DNA of 64,000 nucleotides from the IMG/VR virus record IMGVR_UViG_3300035660_000007, positions 841-64,840 of that record. One strand, 5' to 3'. This stretch comes from a virus (Duplodnaviria > Caudoviricetes). The stretch's first letter is position 1, and the number at the start of each line of letters is the position of its first letter. The notes under the pieces were generated by a model. It saw nothing but the letters and a program-made list of their open reading frames with translations. It did no database searches and was not told the origin of the DNA. This document shows, in pieces, positions 1 through 9,387 of this stretch. Made by a program: the position numbers and the translations under genes.

Positions 1-72
1 GATTTTGGCGCGTCCTAGCGCATCGTGGCGGGTGTCGAGTGGAAAAGGCCCGGCGGGCGCACAAACGCGGCA

Positions 73-131
73 TTTGCGCGAGGATCGCGTAGGTTGGGCG
101 CGCCGGACGGGGGCGAGGAATCAGTCGGCCG
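73..131 (+). repeat. Dispersed non-coding element, copy A
   Basis: 81-131 aligns ungapped to 55800-55850 at 39/51 nt (hand count), including the identical 15-mer GGAATCAGTCGGCCG. Confidence 0.8.
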
Positions 132-188
132 CGCCTGTGCGCGCGGGCGTGGCAGGCGCGTGGCGCGGGGGGCGGGCAGCCGCAGGCG

Positions 189-389
189 CTACGGGCACGG
201 CTGCTGCATGGCGCGGACGTGCAGCACGGCCTCGCGCATCTCTCGGTAGCGCCGGCGGTTGAGTTCGCGCATATAGACTGCGCGATGATTGCGGCGGCAG
301 CGCGGGCAGCGCATGGCCTTGCGTCCATGCCCCCGGGCGATCGGGGCCTTGCAGTCCATGCACTTCTGACCGGCGAGCGGCTTGGCCAT
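189..389 (-). CDS. Small zinc-finger protein, probably leaderless
   Basis: Two CxxC pairs (CMDC, CPRC) followed by a basic helix; a promoter ends 6 nt upstream of the ATG. Confidence 0.65.
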   Translation of the reverse strand: MAKPLAGQKCMDCKAPIARGHGRKAMRCPRCRRNHRAVYMRELNRRRYREMREAVLHVRAMQQPCP

Positions 390-395
390 GGCGCT

Positions 396-424
396 ATCAT
401 ATCACCGTTGCCCCTGGACGTCAA
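396..424 (-). promoter_or_regulatory. Sigma70-type promoter
   Basis: Minus strand reads TTGACG-N17-TATGAT, then 6 nt to ATG at 389. Confidence 0.75.
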
Positions 425-842
425 CTGGCAGTTGCGCCAATACGCGGCGTGCCACAGCGTCGGGAACGCGCCAGATCTGTTGCGCGCCACGGCACCGCAC
501 CGGGTTCGCTAGGCGGACCACATCTGCCAGCAGCCAGTGCCATACGCCGTGCTCGGCCCAGGGGCTGGTCGAGCACGTGCTGCGGCCTGCCAATCTAGCG
601 ACCGCGATGATGGCCCCGCGGTCGAGGCTGGACCTTGATGGCAATGCAACCCCGCGGCGCAGCAGGTACAGTTCCCCCGCCTCGTCATAGGTGAGGCCGG
701 CGTGGATGGCCAGCAGTTTGCCGATGCGCTCGACGGGCGGGGGCCAGTTGCGGTTCTCGACGTCCTTGAGGCCGCGCGCGACGGCCTCGGCCCAGGGCTG
801 CCAGATGGCCAGGGCGTAGAGCGGGGGATAGAGCGGGGGCAT
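402..842 (-). CDS. ASCH domain protein
   Basis: ALAIWQPWAEAVARGLKDVENRNW...LAIHAG...GAIIAVARL...WHWLL...GAQQIW ASCH signature. Confidence 0.85.
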   Translation of the reverse strand: MPPLYPPLYALAIWQPWAEAVARGLKDVENRNWPPPVERIGKLLAIHAGLTYDEAGELYLLRRGVALPSRSSLDRGAIIAVARLAGRSTCSTSPWAEHGVWHWLLADVVRLANPVRCRGAQQIWRVPDAVARRVLAQLPVDVQGQR

Positions 843-1213
843 CAGAATGCCTCCGCCGACTGCGTACTGACGTGCGGATACCGAGCGCGCAACTCAGGGG
901 TGCGGAGAATATTGCGGCAAGCTGTGTGTCGCAGGCGCCTCGCATAGTAGTCGTTGACTGTCTGTGCATCGCAGCGGAGATCGCTCTGGTACTCGCTGCC
1001 GAGTCGACGCCATTGGCGCGTGCCCTCGCGGTTGATTTTGCGATCAAGGCAGCGCCGGAACCAGGCCCGGAACTGGGTCGCGTCCCAGTAGCCCTCGTCG
1101 TAGATGCCGGTAGCGATGCGACCATGCGGGTGCTCGCGCAACCAGCGGGCCGCCACCAGCAGGCGCCGCGCTGTCGTGAAGTTGCTCCCGTTCAGTCTCT
1201 CGAAGAATGCCAT
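842..1213 (-). CDS. Hypothetical phage protein
   Basis: AGGAG RBS; stop overlaps the ASCH start. Confidence 0.6.
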   Translation of the reverse strand: MAFFERLNGSNFTTARRLLVAARWLREHPHGRIATGIYDEGYWDATQFRAWFRRCLDRKINREGTRQWRRLGSEYQSDLRCDAQTVNDYYARRLRHTACRNILRTPELRARYPHVSTQSAEAF

Positions 1214-1224
1214 GCTCGTCTCCT

Positions 1225-1737
1225 TTATCGTCTGTCGTTCAATATGATCGTGCGGATGATGTGCGTCCGCCGGCCCTTCGCGCGCTCACGCCGCATCTCG
1301 GCCTTGAGATCGTGTATGCATTCCATGCACAGCAGCACGTGCACGATGTCTTGCCCGTCGGGCGGCAAGGCCAAGCTCAATTGGCGATCGGCATCGCGTG
1401 CGCACGGCACCGCGCCGCCGAGAATGCTGATCCGCTCGCACTGCATCGAGACGTGCTGTTGCTGGAGTGGGCGGACACGTTCATTGATGAGCGTGCCCTC
1501 CGGCGCGCCCTCCAGCAGTACCATCAGGTGGTCATAGCACAGATAGCCGTGCCACGGAACCTTGCCTCTGAAATCGCGCCCAATATCGAGGATGCCCCAC
1601 ACCTCGATCTCGGCGGGCACATCGTAGTTCTCGCCGCGTCGGCAACTGCCGCATATTCTGATGGGCTGTGCTCGGCAGGGTGCGTTGCGTGCATTCTGAC
1701 TGCACGCCTCGTCCTCTGTTGTCCTGTTCATCCTCAT
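1225..1737 (-). CDS. Hypothetical Cys/His-containing protein
   Basis: GGAGGAGG RBS before ATG 1737; CGSC, CYDH and CMEC motifs. Confidence 0.5.
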   Translation of the reverse strand: MRMNRTTEDEACSQNARNAPCRAQPIRICGSCRRGENYDVPAEIEVWGILDIGRDFRGKVPWHGYLCYDHLMVLLEGAPEGTLINERVRPLQQQHVSMQCERISILGGAVPCARDADRQLSLALPPDGQDIVHVLLCMECIHDLKAEMRRERAKGRRTHIIRTIILNDRR

Positions 1738-1946
1738 CTTCTTCCTCCTCCCCTTCTCGGGCCTCCGCCCGCGCCCGGCCCCGCCGCCGCAGGGCCGGAT
1801 GCTGGAGGATGCTATTTCTGTCCCGTGCCGTGGCATGTCGGGCAAACGCGCACGCAAGGCTTCCAGCGTCTATCTGCACCCTTCCATCGACCTCCCGTGC
1901 GCTGGCTATCTGTGTTCGGTGCATCTCGCTCCTCAATCCTGCTGCT

Positions 1947-1975
1947 ATGATAGCAGAATAGCGCAAGGGAGTCAA
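1947..1975 (-). promoter_or_regulatory. Sigma70-type promoter for the leftward block, with a palindrome over the -10
   Basis: Minus strand reads TTGACT-N17-TATCAT; inverted repeat CTGCTA-tga-TAGCAG (1942-1956) overlaps the -10. Confidence 0.75.
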
Positions 1976-2082
1976 GAGGGCAGGTTGCCCTTGTCCCGCG
2001 CCACGTTGCGCACAGGCGCGTCGAGCGTCGGGGGAGCGCGCTCTTGCGCGATTTTGCACAGTGGCAGGGATGGGCCGCCCGG

Positions 2083-2097
2083 CCTGGAATAGTAACG
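2083..2097 (+). promoter_or_regulatory. Late-promoter motif, variant (CCTGGAATAGTAACG)
   Basis: Shares CCTGGAATA with six other copies; lies just upstream of the first plus-strand gene. Confidence 0.55.
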
Positions 2098-2099
2098 AT

Positions 2100-2687
2100 G
2101 TGCCGCGCGCACGTGCCAACGCTGCATCGCCCCCGCCGCGCCCCGAGCCGCGCCTCGAGCAGGTGCCGGTCGAGAAATGCCGCACGCTGCGCCGCAACCC
2201 GCAGTTCCTCACGGCCGCCCAGATGGATAGTCTGAAGATGAGCATTCAGCGCGACGGGTTTCTCGTGCCCATTCTCGTGCGCCCGCTTGATGGCGGGCGC
2301 TATGAGGTCGTGAGCGGCAACCATCGACTGCTGGCGGCGCGCGAGGTTGGTCTCAAGACCGTGCCCGCCCTCGTGACGGATCTGAACGATCAGGAGTTTC
2401 TGCGGCTGGCCGTAAATCTCAACACCATCCACGGGGAACCGCAGGCAGAACTGCTGGCACCCTTTCTCGCCGAGTTGGCCGACGAGATGCTGGCAACAGT
2501 CCACCTCGAAGCCGGTCTCATCAAGGAGATGACGGCATTCGACGGCCTGCTTGAGATGCGTCTCGCGCAGCTCCAGATTCCCGAGCCCATGGATGCTCCA
2601 TCGCCAATCAGTCCCCTGCCCACGGGAAACTGTATATGCCCGAAATGCGGCCATCGGCATGTGGCTGCGCGCAAGACTTCGAGCTGA
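2100..2687 (+). CDS. ParB/Srx N-terminal domain protein
   Basis: LKMSIQRDGFLVPILVRP...YEVVSGNHRLLAA ParB box; C-terminal CPKCG; start uncertain (2061, 2070 or 2100). Confidence 0.85.
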   Translation: MPRARANAASPPPRPEPRLEQVPVEKCRTLRRNPQFLTAAQMDSLKMSIQRDGFLVPILVRPLDGGRYEVVSGNHRLLAAREVGLKTVPALVTDLNDQEFLRLAVNLNTIHGEPQAELLAPFLAELADEMLATVHLEAGLIKEMTAFDGLLEMRLAQLQIPEPMDAPSPISPLPTGNCICPKCGHRHVAARKTSS

Positions 2688-3083
2688 TCATCGGGCGCGC
2701 ATCCGATTACAAGCGCTTCAAGACCGTGCTCAATCGGGGCCGGCATCCAACGTTCATCGGCCCGGATTCAGCGCGCAAGCACGCGCGCAACGGCGGTATG
2801 CTGATTTTTCGCTACAACGCGCTTGACGTGGCAGTCGCGCTGGTCAACCCACGCCTGAGCGTTCTGCTGGTTCTGAATGTGCTGCCACAACACCGGCGGC
2901 ATGGGCTTGGCAGCGCCGTGCTGCGTTACGCAAGTCCGAGTGCCGTGGTTCCTGGCGCGTGGCTACATCAGTCTGGGCGAGCCGAAGCAGGGGCGCCGCT
3001 ATCGCACGCAAGTCATGGTGCGAGCTGATCTGCTGCCGCTGGCCGGGCGCATTGCCCGGATCTTCGGCGAACATGGGAATTGA
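2636..3083 (+). pseudogene. GNAT-like acetyltransferase split by a frameshift near 2930-2942
   Basis: First frame has LNVLPQHRRHGLGSAVL (acetyl-CoA motif A); second frame continues VPWFLARGY (motif B-like) to stop 3083. Confidence 0.6.
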
Positions 3084-3087
3084 AGCG

Positions 3088-3104
3088 CCTGGAATATACC
3101 GGCG
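3088..3104 (+). promoter_or_regulatory. Late-promoter motif CCTGGAATATACCGGCG
   Basis: Exact repeat, intergenic, upstream of the ParB-MTase/terS/terL genes. Confidence 0.75.
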
Positions 3105-3149
3105 GAACGAAGTGGGACGGCGTTCCGCGCGGGCGAACAGGAGGCCAGG

Positions 3150-4463
3150 ATGGCGAAGGCAGGAAAGAAGGGGGCGAAGAGCAGCGGCGAGAGCGCAGCA
3201 GTGCTAGCAACCGCAACCCCAGCCCCAGCCGCAGCCCTGGGCAAGGCGCGCATCATCGAGGTGGCGGTCGCCGACCTGCAGGCCAATCCCTGGAACCCCA
3301 ACGTCGTCCCGGCCCACAGGCTTGAGGCGCTGGCGCGCACGGCGAAGCACGACGGCGCGCTTCTCTCCCTGCCCCTCGTCCGCCCGGCCCCCGCCGGCGA
3401 CGACAAATTCGAGATTGTGGACGGCGAGCATCGCGTGATGGCCGCCCAGGCCGCCGGCCTCGCCAGAATCTCCGTGCTGGTGATTGAGGCGACCGACGAG
3501 GAGGCGCGGGCCCGCACGGTCGCGATGAACCAGATACGGGGCGAGCCGGACGCCGCGAAGCAGGCGGCGCTGCTGGCGGAGCCGAATCTCGCGCTCTCAG
3601 CGCTGCTGGGGTTCGATGCGGCAGAGTGGGCCGAGGCCCTGAATCCGCCGACGGAGCCGCGCGGCGACGGGTTCAACGTCCAGCAGGCGATGGAAGATCC
3701 CAATGCGGCCGGCATTGTGGTGCGCACGAAACGGGGAGAGGTTTGGCAACTGGGTCGGCATAGATTGGGATGTCTCGATGCTACGGATGCGAAAGATACA
3801 TCGCGCTTGCTCGAAGGCATAAGTCCTTCGGTCTGCCTCACTGACCCGCCGTATTCGGTTGGATATACTGGAGCATTCTCGGATCGGCGTCAATTGAAGG
3901 ATGCAGGTGAGCAGTCAGCATATCGCGACGCTCCCGAAGCCGGCGAGTTGCTAATGAAATTCCTGGCGCTTTGCCCTGCATCGCTGCTGGTGATGACTTA
4001 TCCTGTGGATAGGCACTATCGCGCACTGGGGCAGGCATTGGAATACGCGGGATTCATCTCCCTTCGCGAGCTAATCTGGGTGAAGAATAGGGCTTCATTT
4101 CATCCAGGGGCAGCGTATCAGCAGGCACATGAGCCAGTGCTGATCTGCCGCAAGGCTGACGTGCCGTATCCAGCAACGATACCACCCGAAGCCTGCACGG
4201 TTCTGCGCTTTGACATGCCATTGGGGCATCCAGCACATCCTACAGAGAAGCCCATTGATCTCTGGTGTATGCTTTTGCAGTGGCATAGCCGACCTGGCGA
4301 TGCGATATATGATCCCTTTGTGGGATCGGGCACGACTTTGATCGCCGCAGAGCGGCTTGGCAGGTGCGCTTTCTGCGCGGACATCGAACCGAGATACTGC
4401 GACGTGACAATCGCTAGGTACGAGGCCGAGACGGGCATGAGCGCCGTGAGGCTGGAGCAGTAG
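3150..4463 (+). CDS. ParB domain fused to an N6A/N4C DNA methyltransferase (beta class)
   Basis: NPWNPN and IVDGEHRV ParB motifs; GEVWQLGRHRL, TDPPY, HPTEKP, DPFVGSGTTLIAAE MTase motifs. Confidence 0.92.
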   Translation: MAKAGKKGAKSSGESAAVLATATPAPAAALGKARIIEVAVADLQANPWNPNVVPAHRLEALARTAKHDGALLSLPLVRPAPAGDDKFEIVDGEHRVMAAQAAGLARISVLVIEATDEEARARTVAMNQIRGEPDAAKQAALLAEPNLALSALLGFDAAEWAEALNPPTEPRGDGFNVQQAMEDPNAAGIVVRTKRGEVWQLGRHRLGCLDATDAKDTSRLLEGISPSVCLTDPPYSVGYTGAFSDRRQLKDAGEQSAYRDAPEAGELLMKFLALCPASLLVMTYPVDRHYRALGQALEYAGFISLRELIWVKNRASFHPGAAYQQAHEPVLICRKADVPYPATIPPEACTVLRFDMPLGHPAHPTEKPIDLWCMLLQWHSRPGDAIYDPFVGSGTTLIAAERLGRCAFCADIEPRYCDVTIARYEAETGMSAVRLEQ

Positions 4464-4464
4464 T

Positions 4465-5022
4465 ATGCCGCCAGGCCGCCAATACCCCCCCTATCCGCAC
4501 GACGTCCGCCTTGAGGCCGAGCGCATGTTCCTGGCCGGCGCCGGGCCGGGCGAGGTCGCCCGGGCGCTGAAGATCCGCTCGCGCTCGACCGTCTTCCGCT
4601 GGGCCGAGGCCGGGGGATGGGAGGCGAGGCGGGAGCAGGCCCGGGCGCGGGCCTCGCAGATGCAGGTGCGGCGCGCGGCCGACAACATCGCGGGGCGCAA
4701 TGATCGGTTCCGGCGCTTCTTCGAGACGGTGGCGACCTCGGCCTTCTCCGACCTGTTCGAGCGCGACGAACAGGGCAACATTGTGATGGGGCCGGACGGC
4801 GCGCCCAAGATGCGGCACTACAAGGAGGCGATAGACGCCGTCCGGGCGATAGTGCTGGCGCACGTTCAGATCCGGCTGATCGACGGGCAGGCCACGGAGC
4901 GCCAGGAGTTCCTGCTGCCGATGATCGAGATCGTCAGGGGGATGGCGCCGGAGGATCGCCAGGCCATGGGCAATGAGTGGATACGGCGTCTCGACAGCGC
5001 GAACGCGGAGGCGGAGGAATGA
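4465..5022 (+). CDS. terS: Terminase small subunit (putative)
   Basis: N-terminal HTH (GEVARALKIRSRSTVFRWAEAGGW); ATGA overlap with terL. Confidence 0.7.
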   Translation: MPPGRQYPPYPHDVRLEAERMFLAGAGPGEVARALKIRSRSTVFRWAEAGGWEARREQARARASQMQVRRAADNIAGRNDRFRRFFETVATSAFSDLFERDEQGNIVMGPDGAPKMRHYKEAIDAVRAIVLAHVQIRLIDGQATERQEFLLPMIEIVRGMAPEDRQAMGNEWIRRLDSANAEAEE

Positions 5023-7868
5023 GCCTCGCCGGTATATCGCAGGCTCAGCAGGCGGACTTCGGTCATGCCCTGGAGCTGGCGAACATGCACGAGCTGGCGC
5101 GTGAGCGGCTCGACTGGTTCGCCTACGCCTGCCTGCGGGACGAGGGGCTGCGGCGGCTGGTGATCGAGCCATACCACATGGCATGGTGCGAGCTGGCCGA
5201 GCGCGTCGCGCGCGGCCACGAGAAGCAGGTGGTGATTACGGCCCCGCGCGGGCATGCGAAGAGCACCTGGTGGAGCGTGGCGCTGCCGGCGTGGTTCCTG
5301 GCCTGCAACCCCAACCGCACGGTCATATCGGTCGGCAACACCGTGGACATCGTGGCACCGTTCAGCAAGGCGGTGCGCAGCGTGATAGACGGCAGCCCGG
5401 AGTTCAAGGCGCTGTTCCCGGGCGTAGCGCTCGACCGCGAGCTGGGCGAGGCGGTGGCGCACTGGTACCTGCAGGGGCAGGCGGCGGGCCAGAAGGACCC
5501 GAACTACGTGTGCGCGGGGATCGGGGGCGGGCAAGTTGGCCGCAGAGGTGACCTCATAATTATTGACGACCCAATCAAATTACCCCAGCAAGTCGCCACC
5601 GAGGCCCAGCGCGACGCGATGGAGCAGTGGTTCTGGCAGGTCCTCTACCCCTGCCGCCGCAACTCCGAGACGCCCGTGGTGGTGATAGGGACACGCTATC
5701 ATTGCCTTCTTCCGGGAAACCTGCTATACTGCGCTGGTGGCTCCATGGTAATCGAAGAGGTCAAGCCAGGAGAGTTGCTACTGACTAGCCAGGGCTGGCA
5801 GAAAGCGCTGGCGGTAGCTCGGAAATCCCATTGCGGACCGGTCATCTCACTGGTGCTCTATGGTTATCCGATGCCACTCAATATGACCGCGGAGCATCGC
5901 GTGCTTACCGCGCGCGGCTGGAAGACGGCGGGGGCTCTGGAGAAACTAGACTGCCTGATGATGCCCATCCCATCCATGCGAGATGCACTGCCGCGGGTGC
6001 GCTCCATATTGCGCTACAGTCCGCCGCAATCTCCGAATCGCACCGGCCTGACAGGAGATAAGCAGGCAATATCCCGACGGGCATTGGCCGACCTGCTCGG
6101 TGAAGGATTGACCTACGAGCAGATCGCGCATCGCTTCGGGCGCGCCGGCCGGAGCTGGACCGCAAAGTACGCGGAGTTGTATGGCCTGAAGAAGGGGCGC
6201 TTGAATACCTTGAGGGGCGACCCTGTTGTGGATCCGGCTTTCTGGCGAGTAGTGGGACTGTGGATTGCTGAAGGTTCACTGAGCCACTGGCGGCCTCGAT
6301 TGCGCAGGCGCGGTCGCCATCTCATAAGATGGAGTTTCGGACACCACGAGATGCATCTCGCCGTGTTCGTGCGCGAGACCCTAGAGCGATATGGCATCCG
6401 AACTGGAATATGGAAGGGCAAGAGCACTCTGGTAGCGAGCTGCTCGAATAGCCAGCTACTTGCTCTGCTGGAACATTTCGGGCATGGCGCGGCGGCGAAG
6501 CATGTGCCGGACTGGGTGTTTGGACTGCCATCATGGGCGGCACAAAACTTAGTGCACGGCTATGTTGAAGGGGATGGCTACCTGGATAGGCGGAAATGGG
6601 TTCGTGTCTCCTCGGTCTGTCTTCCTCTTCTGGAGGGGTTCCAGCTCCTACTGGCCTACCTGGACGTAACCGCGAGCATCATGGGTGGCCACAAAGGCGG
6701 GATCACAGCAGCGGCACCGTCTTTGTGCAGCGCGAATCTCTATATCACCCAAAGACGCGGATTCGAGTTGCGATTTCCCGCCTGCCAGGCAGGATGGCTC
6801 TATGATGCCACGCAATCCGTGCGCTCATACGGGCGCGCGATTCGGGGGCAATATGTAGCCGTCCGCATAAAAAGTATCTCTGTTGAGCAATACACAGGGC
6901 CAGTCTACGATGTTCAGACGGCAAGCCATGACTTTGTCGCCAATGGCATTATCGTCCATAACTGCGATGATCTACTTGGCCGCCTGATTGCGCGGCCCGA
7001 CTGGAAGTCCGTGGAGTTCCCGGCCATCACCGCCGACCCGGAGACCGGCGAGGAGCGGGCGCTGTGGCCCGCCAAGTTTCCGCTGGCCGAACTGCATCGC
7101 CTACGCGACCCCGAGACCGGCATGGGCTCGCGCGAGTTCAGCTGCGTCTATATGTGCAACCCCCTGCCGGCCGAGGGCGGCATCATCGCGGAGGCCTGGA
7201 TGCGGCCGCGCTGGCCGCGCGACGTGCCGGAGCCCATGCTGCCCGGCCACTGGGACGCGAGCGCCGGCCGCTACGTCGAATACAGCGACCGCGAGCGCGA
7301 GGAGGCCGGGCGGGCGGGCCGGCCGGTGATCGAGATCGTAATCCAGGCGTGGGACGTGGCCGAGAGCCCCAGCGGCTCCGCGGACTTCTCGGCCGTCGTC
7401 ACGCTCGGGATGGACCAGCAGGGCCGGATGTTCGGGCTCGACGCCTGGTGGGGCCGGGAGATCGCCCCGCGCCTCGAGGAGCGGATGGTCAGGGCCTACG
7501 AGATGTGGCACCCGATGGAGGTGCTGGTCGAGCAGGCGAGCAGCGGGACGGCCCTGCTGCAGAGCATCGCGGACTCTCACCCCGAGCTGCCGTTCGAGCC
7601 CGTGCGGGCCGACCGGAATAAGGCATTGCGGCTTGAGGCCGTGGCGAAGGTGTTTGAGGCGGGCCGCGTCATACTCCCCGCTGGCGGCCCGCCCATGCCG
7701 ACGTCGAAGAAGGGGGCGCGGGGGCTACGGCCGTGGCCGGACGCGCTGGCTTCGCTCGTCGTCGGGTTCCCCGGGGCCGAGGTGGACGACCCAGTGGATG
7801 CCTTGGCTTACGCGGTGCGGCGGCTGGAGCGGCTCCATAGGCACGAGCCCAGAATCATCGAGCTGTAG
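5019..7868 (+). CDS. terL: Terminase large subunit, intein-containing
   Basis: Walker A APRGHAKST, Walker B DLIIIDDP, GTRYH|CDDL, nuclease QAWDVA...ADFSA...VEQASSG...DDPVDA. Confidence 0.96.
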   Translation: MSLAGISQAQQADFGHALELANMHELARERLDWFAYACLRDEGLRRLVIEPYHMAWCELAERVARGHEKQVVITAPRGHAKSTWWSVALPAWFLACNPNRTVISVGNTVDIVAPFSKAVRSVIDGSPEFKALFPGVALDRELGEAVAHWYLQGQAAGQKDPNYVCAGIGGGQVGRRGDLIIIDDPIKLPQQVATEAQRDAMEQWFWQVLYPCRRNSETPVVVIGTRYHCLLPGNLLYCAGGSMVIEEVKPGELLLTSQGWQKALAVARKSHCGPVISLVLYGYPMPLNMTAEHRVLTARGWKTAGALEKLDCLMMPIPSMRDALPRVRSILRYSPPQSPNRTGLTGDKQAISRRALADLLGEGLTYEQIAHRFGRAGRSWTAKYAELYGLKKGRLNTLRGDPVVDPAFWRVVGLWIAEGSLSHWRPRLRRRGRHLIRWSFGHHEMHLAVFVRETLERYGIRTGIWKGKSTLVASCSNSQLLALLEHFGHGAAAKHVPDWVFGLPSWAAQNLVHGYVEGDGYLDRRKWVRVSSVCLPLLEGFQLLLAYLDVTASIMGGHKGGITAAAPSLCSANLYITQRRGFELRFPACQAGWLYDATQSVRSYGRAIRGQYVAVRIKSISVEQYTGPVYDVQTASHDFVANGIIVHNCDDLLGRLIARPDWKSVEFPAITADPETGEERALWPAKFPLAELHRLRDPETGMGSREFSCVYMCNPLPAEGGIIAEAWMRPRWPRDVPEPMLPGHWDASAGRYVEYSDREREEAGRAGRPVIEIVIQAWDVAESPSGSADFSAVVTLGMDQQGRMFGLDAWWGREIAPRLEERMVRAYEMWHPMEVLVEQASSGTALLQSIADSHPELPFEPVRADRNKALRLEAVAKVFEAGRVILPAGGPPMPTSKKGARGLRPWPDALASLVVGFPGAEVDDPVDALAYAVRRLERLHRHEPRIIEL
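5703..6962 (+). mobile_element. Intein (420 aa) with LAGLIDADG homing endonuclease
   Basis: Starts CLLPG, block B TAEH, ends VYDV...IIVHN followed by Cys; LAGLIDADG-like VVGLWIAEGS and LVHGYVEGDG; lower GC than the exteins. Confidence 0.95.
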
Positions 7869-7901
7869 GGGATTGCCCGCCGCGTAGCGAAGAAGGCAGA
7901 C

Positions 7902-9356
7902 ATGGCGAACCTTCGCGATTGGGAAGGCCGGGTGTGGACGGGAGACTGCCTGGGGTTCATGGCTGTACTTCCCGATAACAGCGTGGATGCGGTCGTTACC
8001 GATCCGCCTTACGGCCTGGAGTTCATGGGGAAGGAGTGGGATAGGCTGTCGGGTGACGTGATAGATGACCCTGCCTCTGTTGGCGGGTTCCAGGATGGTG
8101 CTGGCGGGAATCCTTATTCGCGTAGCCGAATTCGTTATGGAGTAGGGCCTGCGATGCAAGGCTAGCACCTCGCCTGGGCGACTGAAGCCCTGCGGGTGCT
8201 GAAGCCGGGCGGCCACCTGCTTGCCTTCGGGGGAACCCGAACCCACCACCGCCTGACGTGCGCGCTGGAGGACGCGGGGTTCGAGATACGTGACGAGTTG
8301 TGCTGGCTGTATGCGTCGGGGTTCCCGAAGAGTCTGGATGTCAGCAAGGCGATTGACAAGGCGGCGGGGATGGAACGCCGAGTGGTGGGCACAGGTATCA
8401 ACTACGATGCGAAGTGCCGCCATGCAGCGGCCCACGTTACTAGCAATAGTGCGACATATATTTCTGCGCCAAGGGGACCGCTAATTACCGAACCCGCCAC
8501 CGACGCTGCTAAGCAATGGGAGGGCTTTGGCACCGGCCTGAAGCCCGCGCACGAGCCGATTGTGCTGGCGCGCAAGCCCATCGGTGAGAAGAACGTGACG
8601 GCCAACGTCCTGCGCTGGGGGACGGGGGCGCTGAACATAGACGGGTGCAGGATTGAGGTGCCGGGCGGATGGAAGACGGAGCGTGGCGAAACATGGTTGC
8701 GGAGCGGAAACCCTACGGGGGCTGCCGGATATGATGCTTGGCAAGGCCCCCGCGTGCCGACCGGTAGTTGTGCTGACCGAGTTACAGATAAGGGCCGCTG
8801 GCCGGCAAATCTGATTCTGGATGAGGAGGCCGGCGAATTACTTGACCGGCAGAGCGGCCAGAGGAATGCTGGACATTTTCCGCGTAACAGACCTGGACTG
8901 GGCAGTCATGGGATATATGGGGAGAGCAAACCCTATCAGCAGGAGGAGCGGTTCCTACATGATTCCGGTGGTGCTTCCCGCTTCTTCTTCTGCGCGAAGG
9001 CGAGCAAGGCGGAGAGGGAGGCGGGGCTGGAGGGGATGGACCTGCACCCGTTCCAGACGAACCAACCCTACGGCGAGGGCGCAGACGCGAGGACAGAAGG
9101 GAATAAGAAGGGCAATCGTAATAATCAGCCCACCGTCAAGCCTATCGCGCTCATGCGCTACCTGTGCAGGCTCATCACCCCTCCCGGCGGTCTGATTCTC
9201 GACCCATTCCTGGGCAGCGGCACCACGGCAATCGCGGCGATCCTGGAGGGTTTCCGGTGGACGGGCTGCGAGAAGGACGAGCATTACGCGGACATCGCGC
9301 GATGCAGGACCGCCCATTGGATAGGGCTGTTCAAGACGCCATCGCAGCAGGCATAG
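7902..9356 (+). pseudogene. N6A/N4C DNA methyltransferase interrupted by an in-frame TAG at 8163-8165
   Basis: GDCL...VTDPPY before the stop; same frame continues HLAWATEALRVLKPGG...PTVKPIALM...DPFLGSGTT. Confidence 0.85.
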
Positions 9357-9362
9357 ACCGCG

Positions 9363-9379
9363 CCTGGAATATACCGGCG
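9363..9379 (+). promoter_or_regulatory. Late-promoter motif CCTGGAATATACCGGCG
   Basis: Exact repeat ending 8 nt before the portal ATG. Confidence 0.75.
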
Positions 9380-9387
9380 AGGCCCCT

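Noticed and set aside
1812-1924. Small gene after the 1947-1975 promoter (CPTCHGTG motif)
   Set aside because: The RBS-linked ATG at 1924 is in a different frame from the Cys motif; probably a decayed remnant and not confidently callable
8163-8165. Genome-wide TAG recoding (alternative genetic code)
   Set aside because: TAG is the evident true stop of terL, capsid, tail tube, fibre and others; only one gene is interrupted
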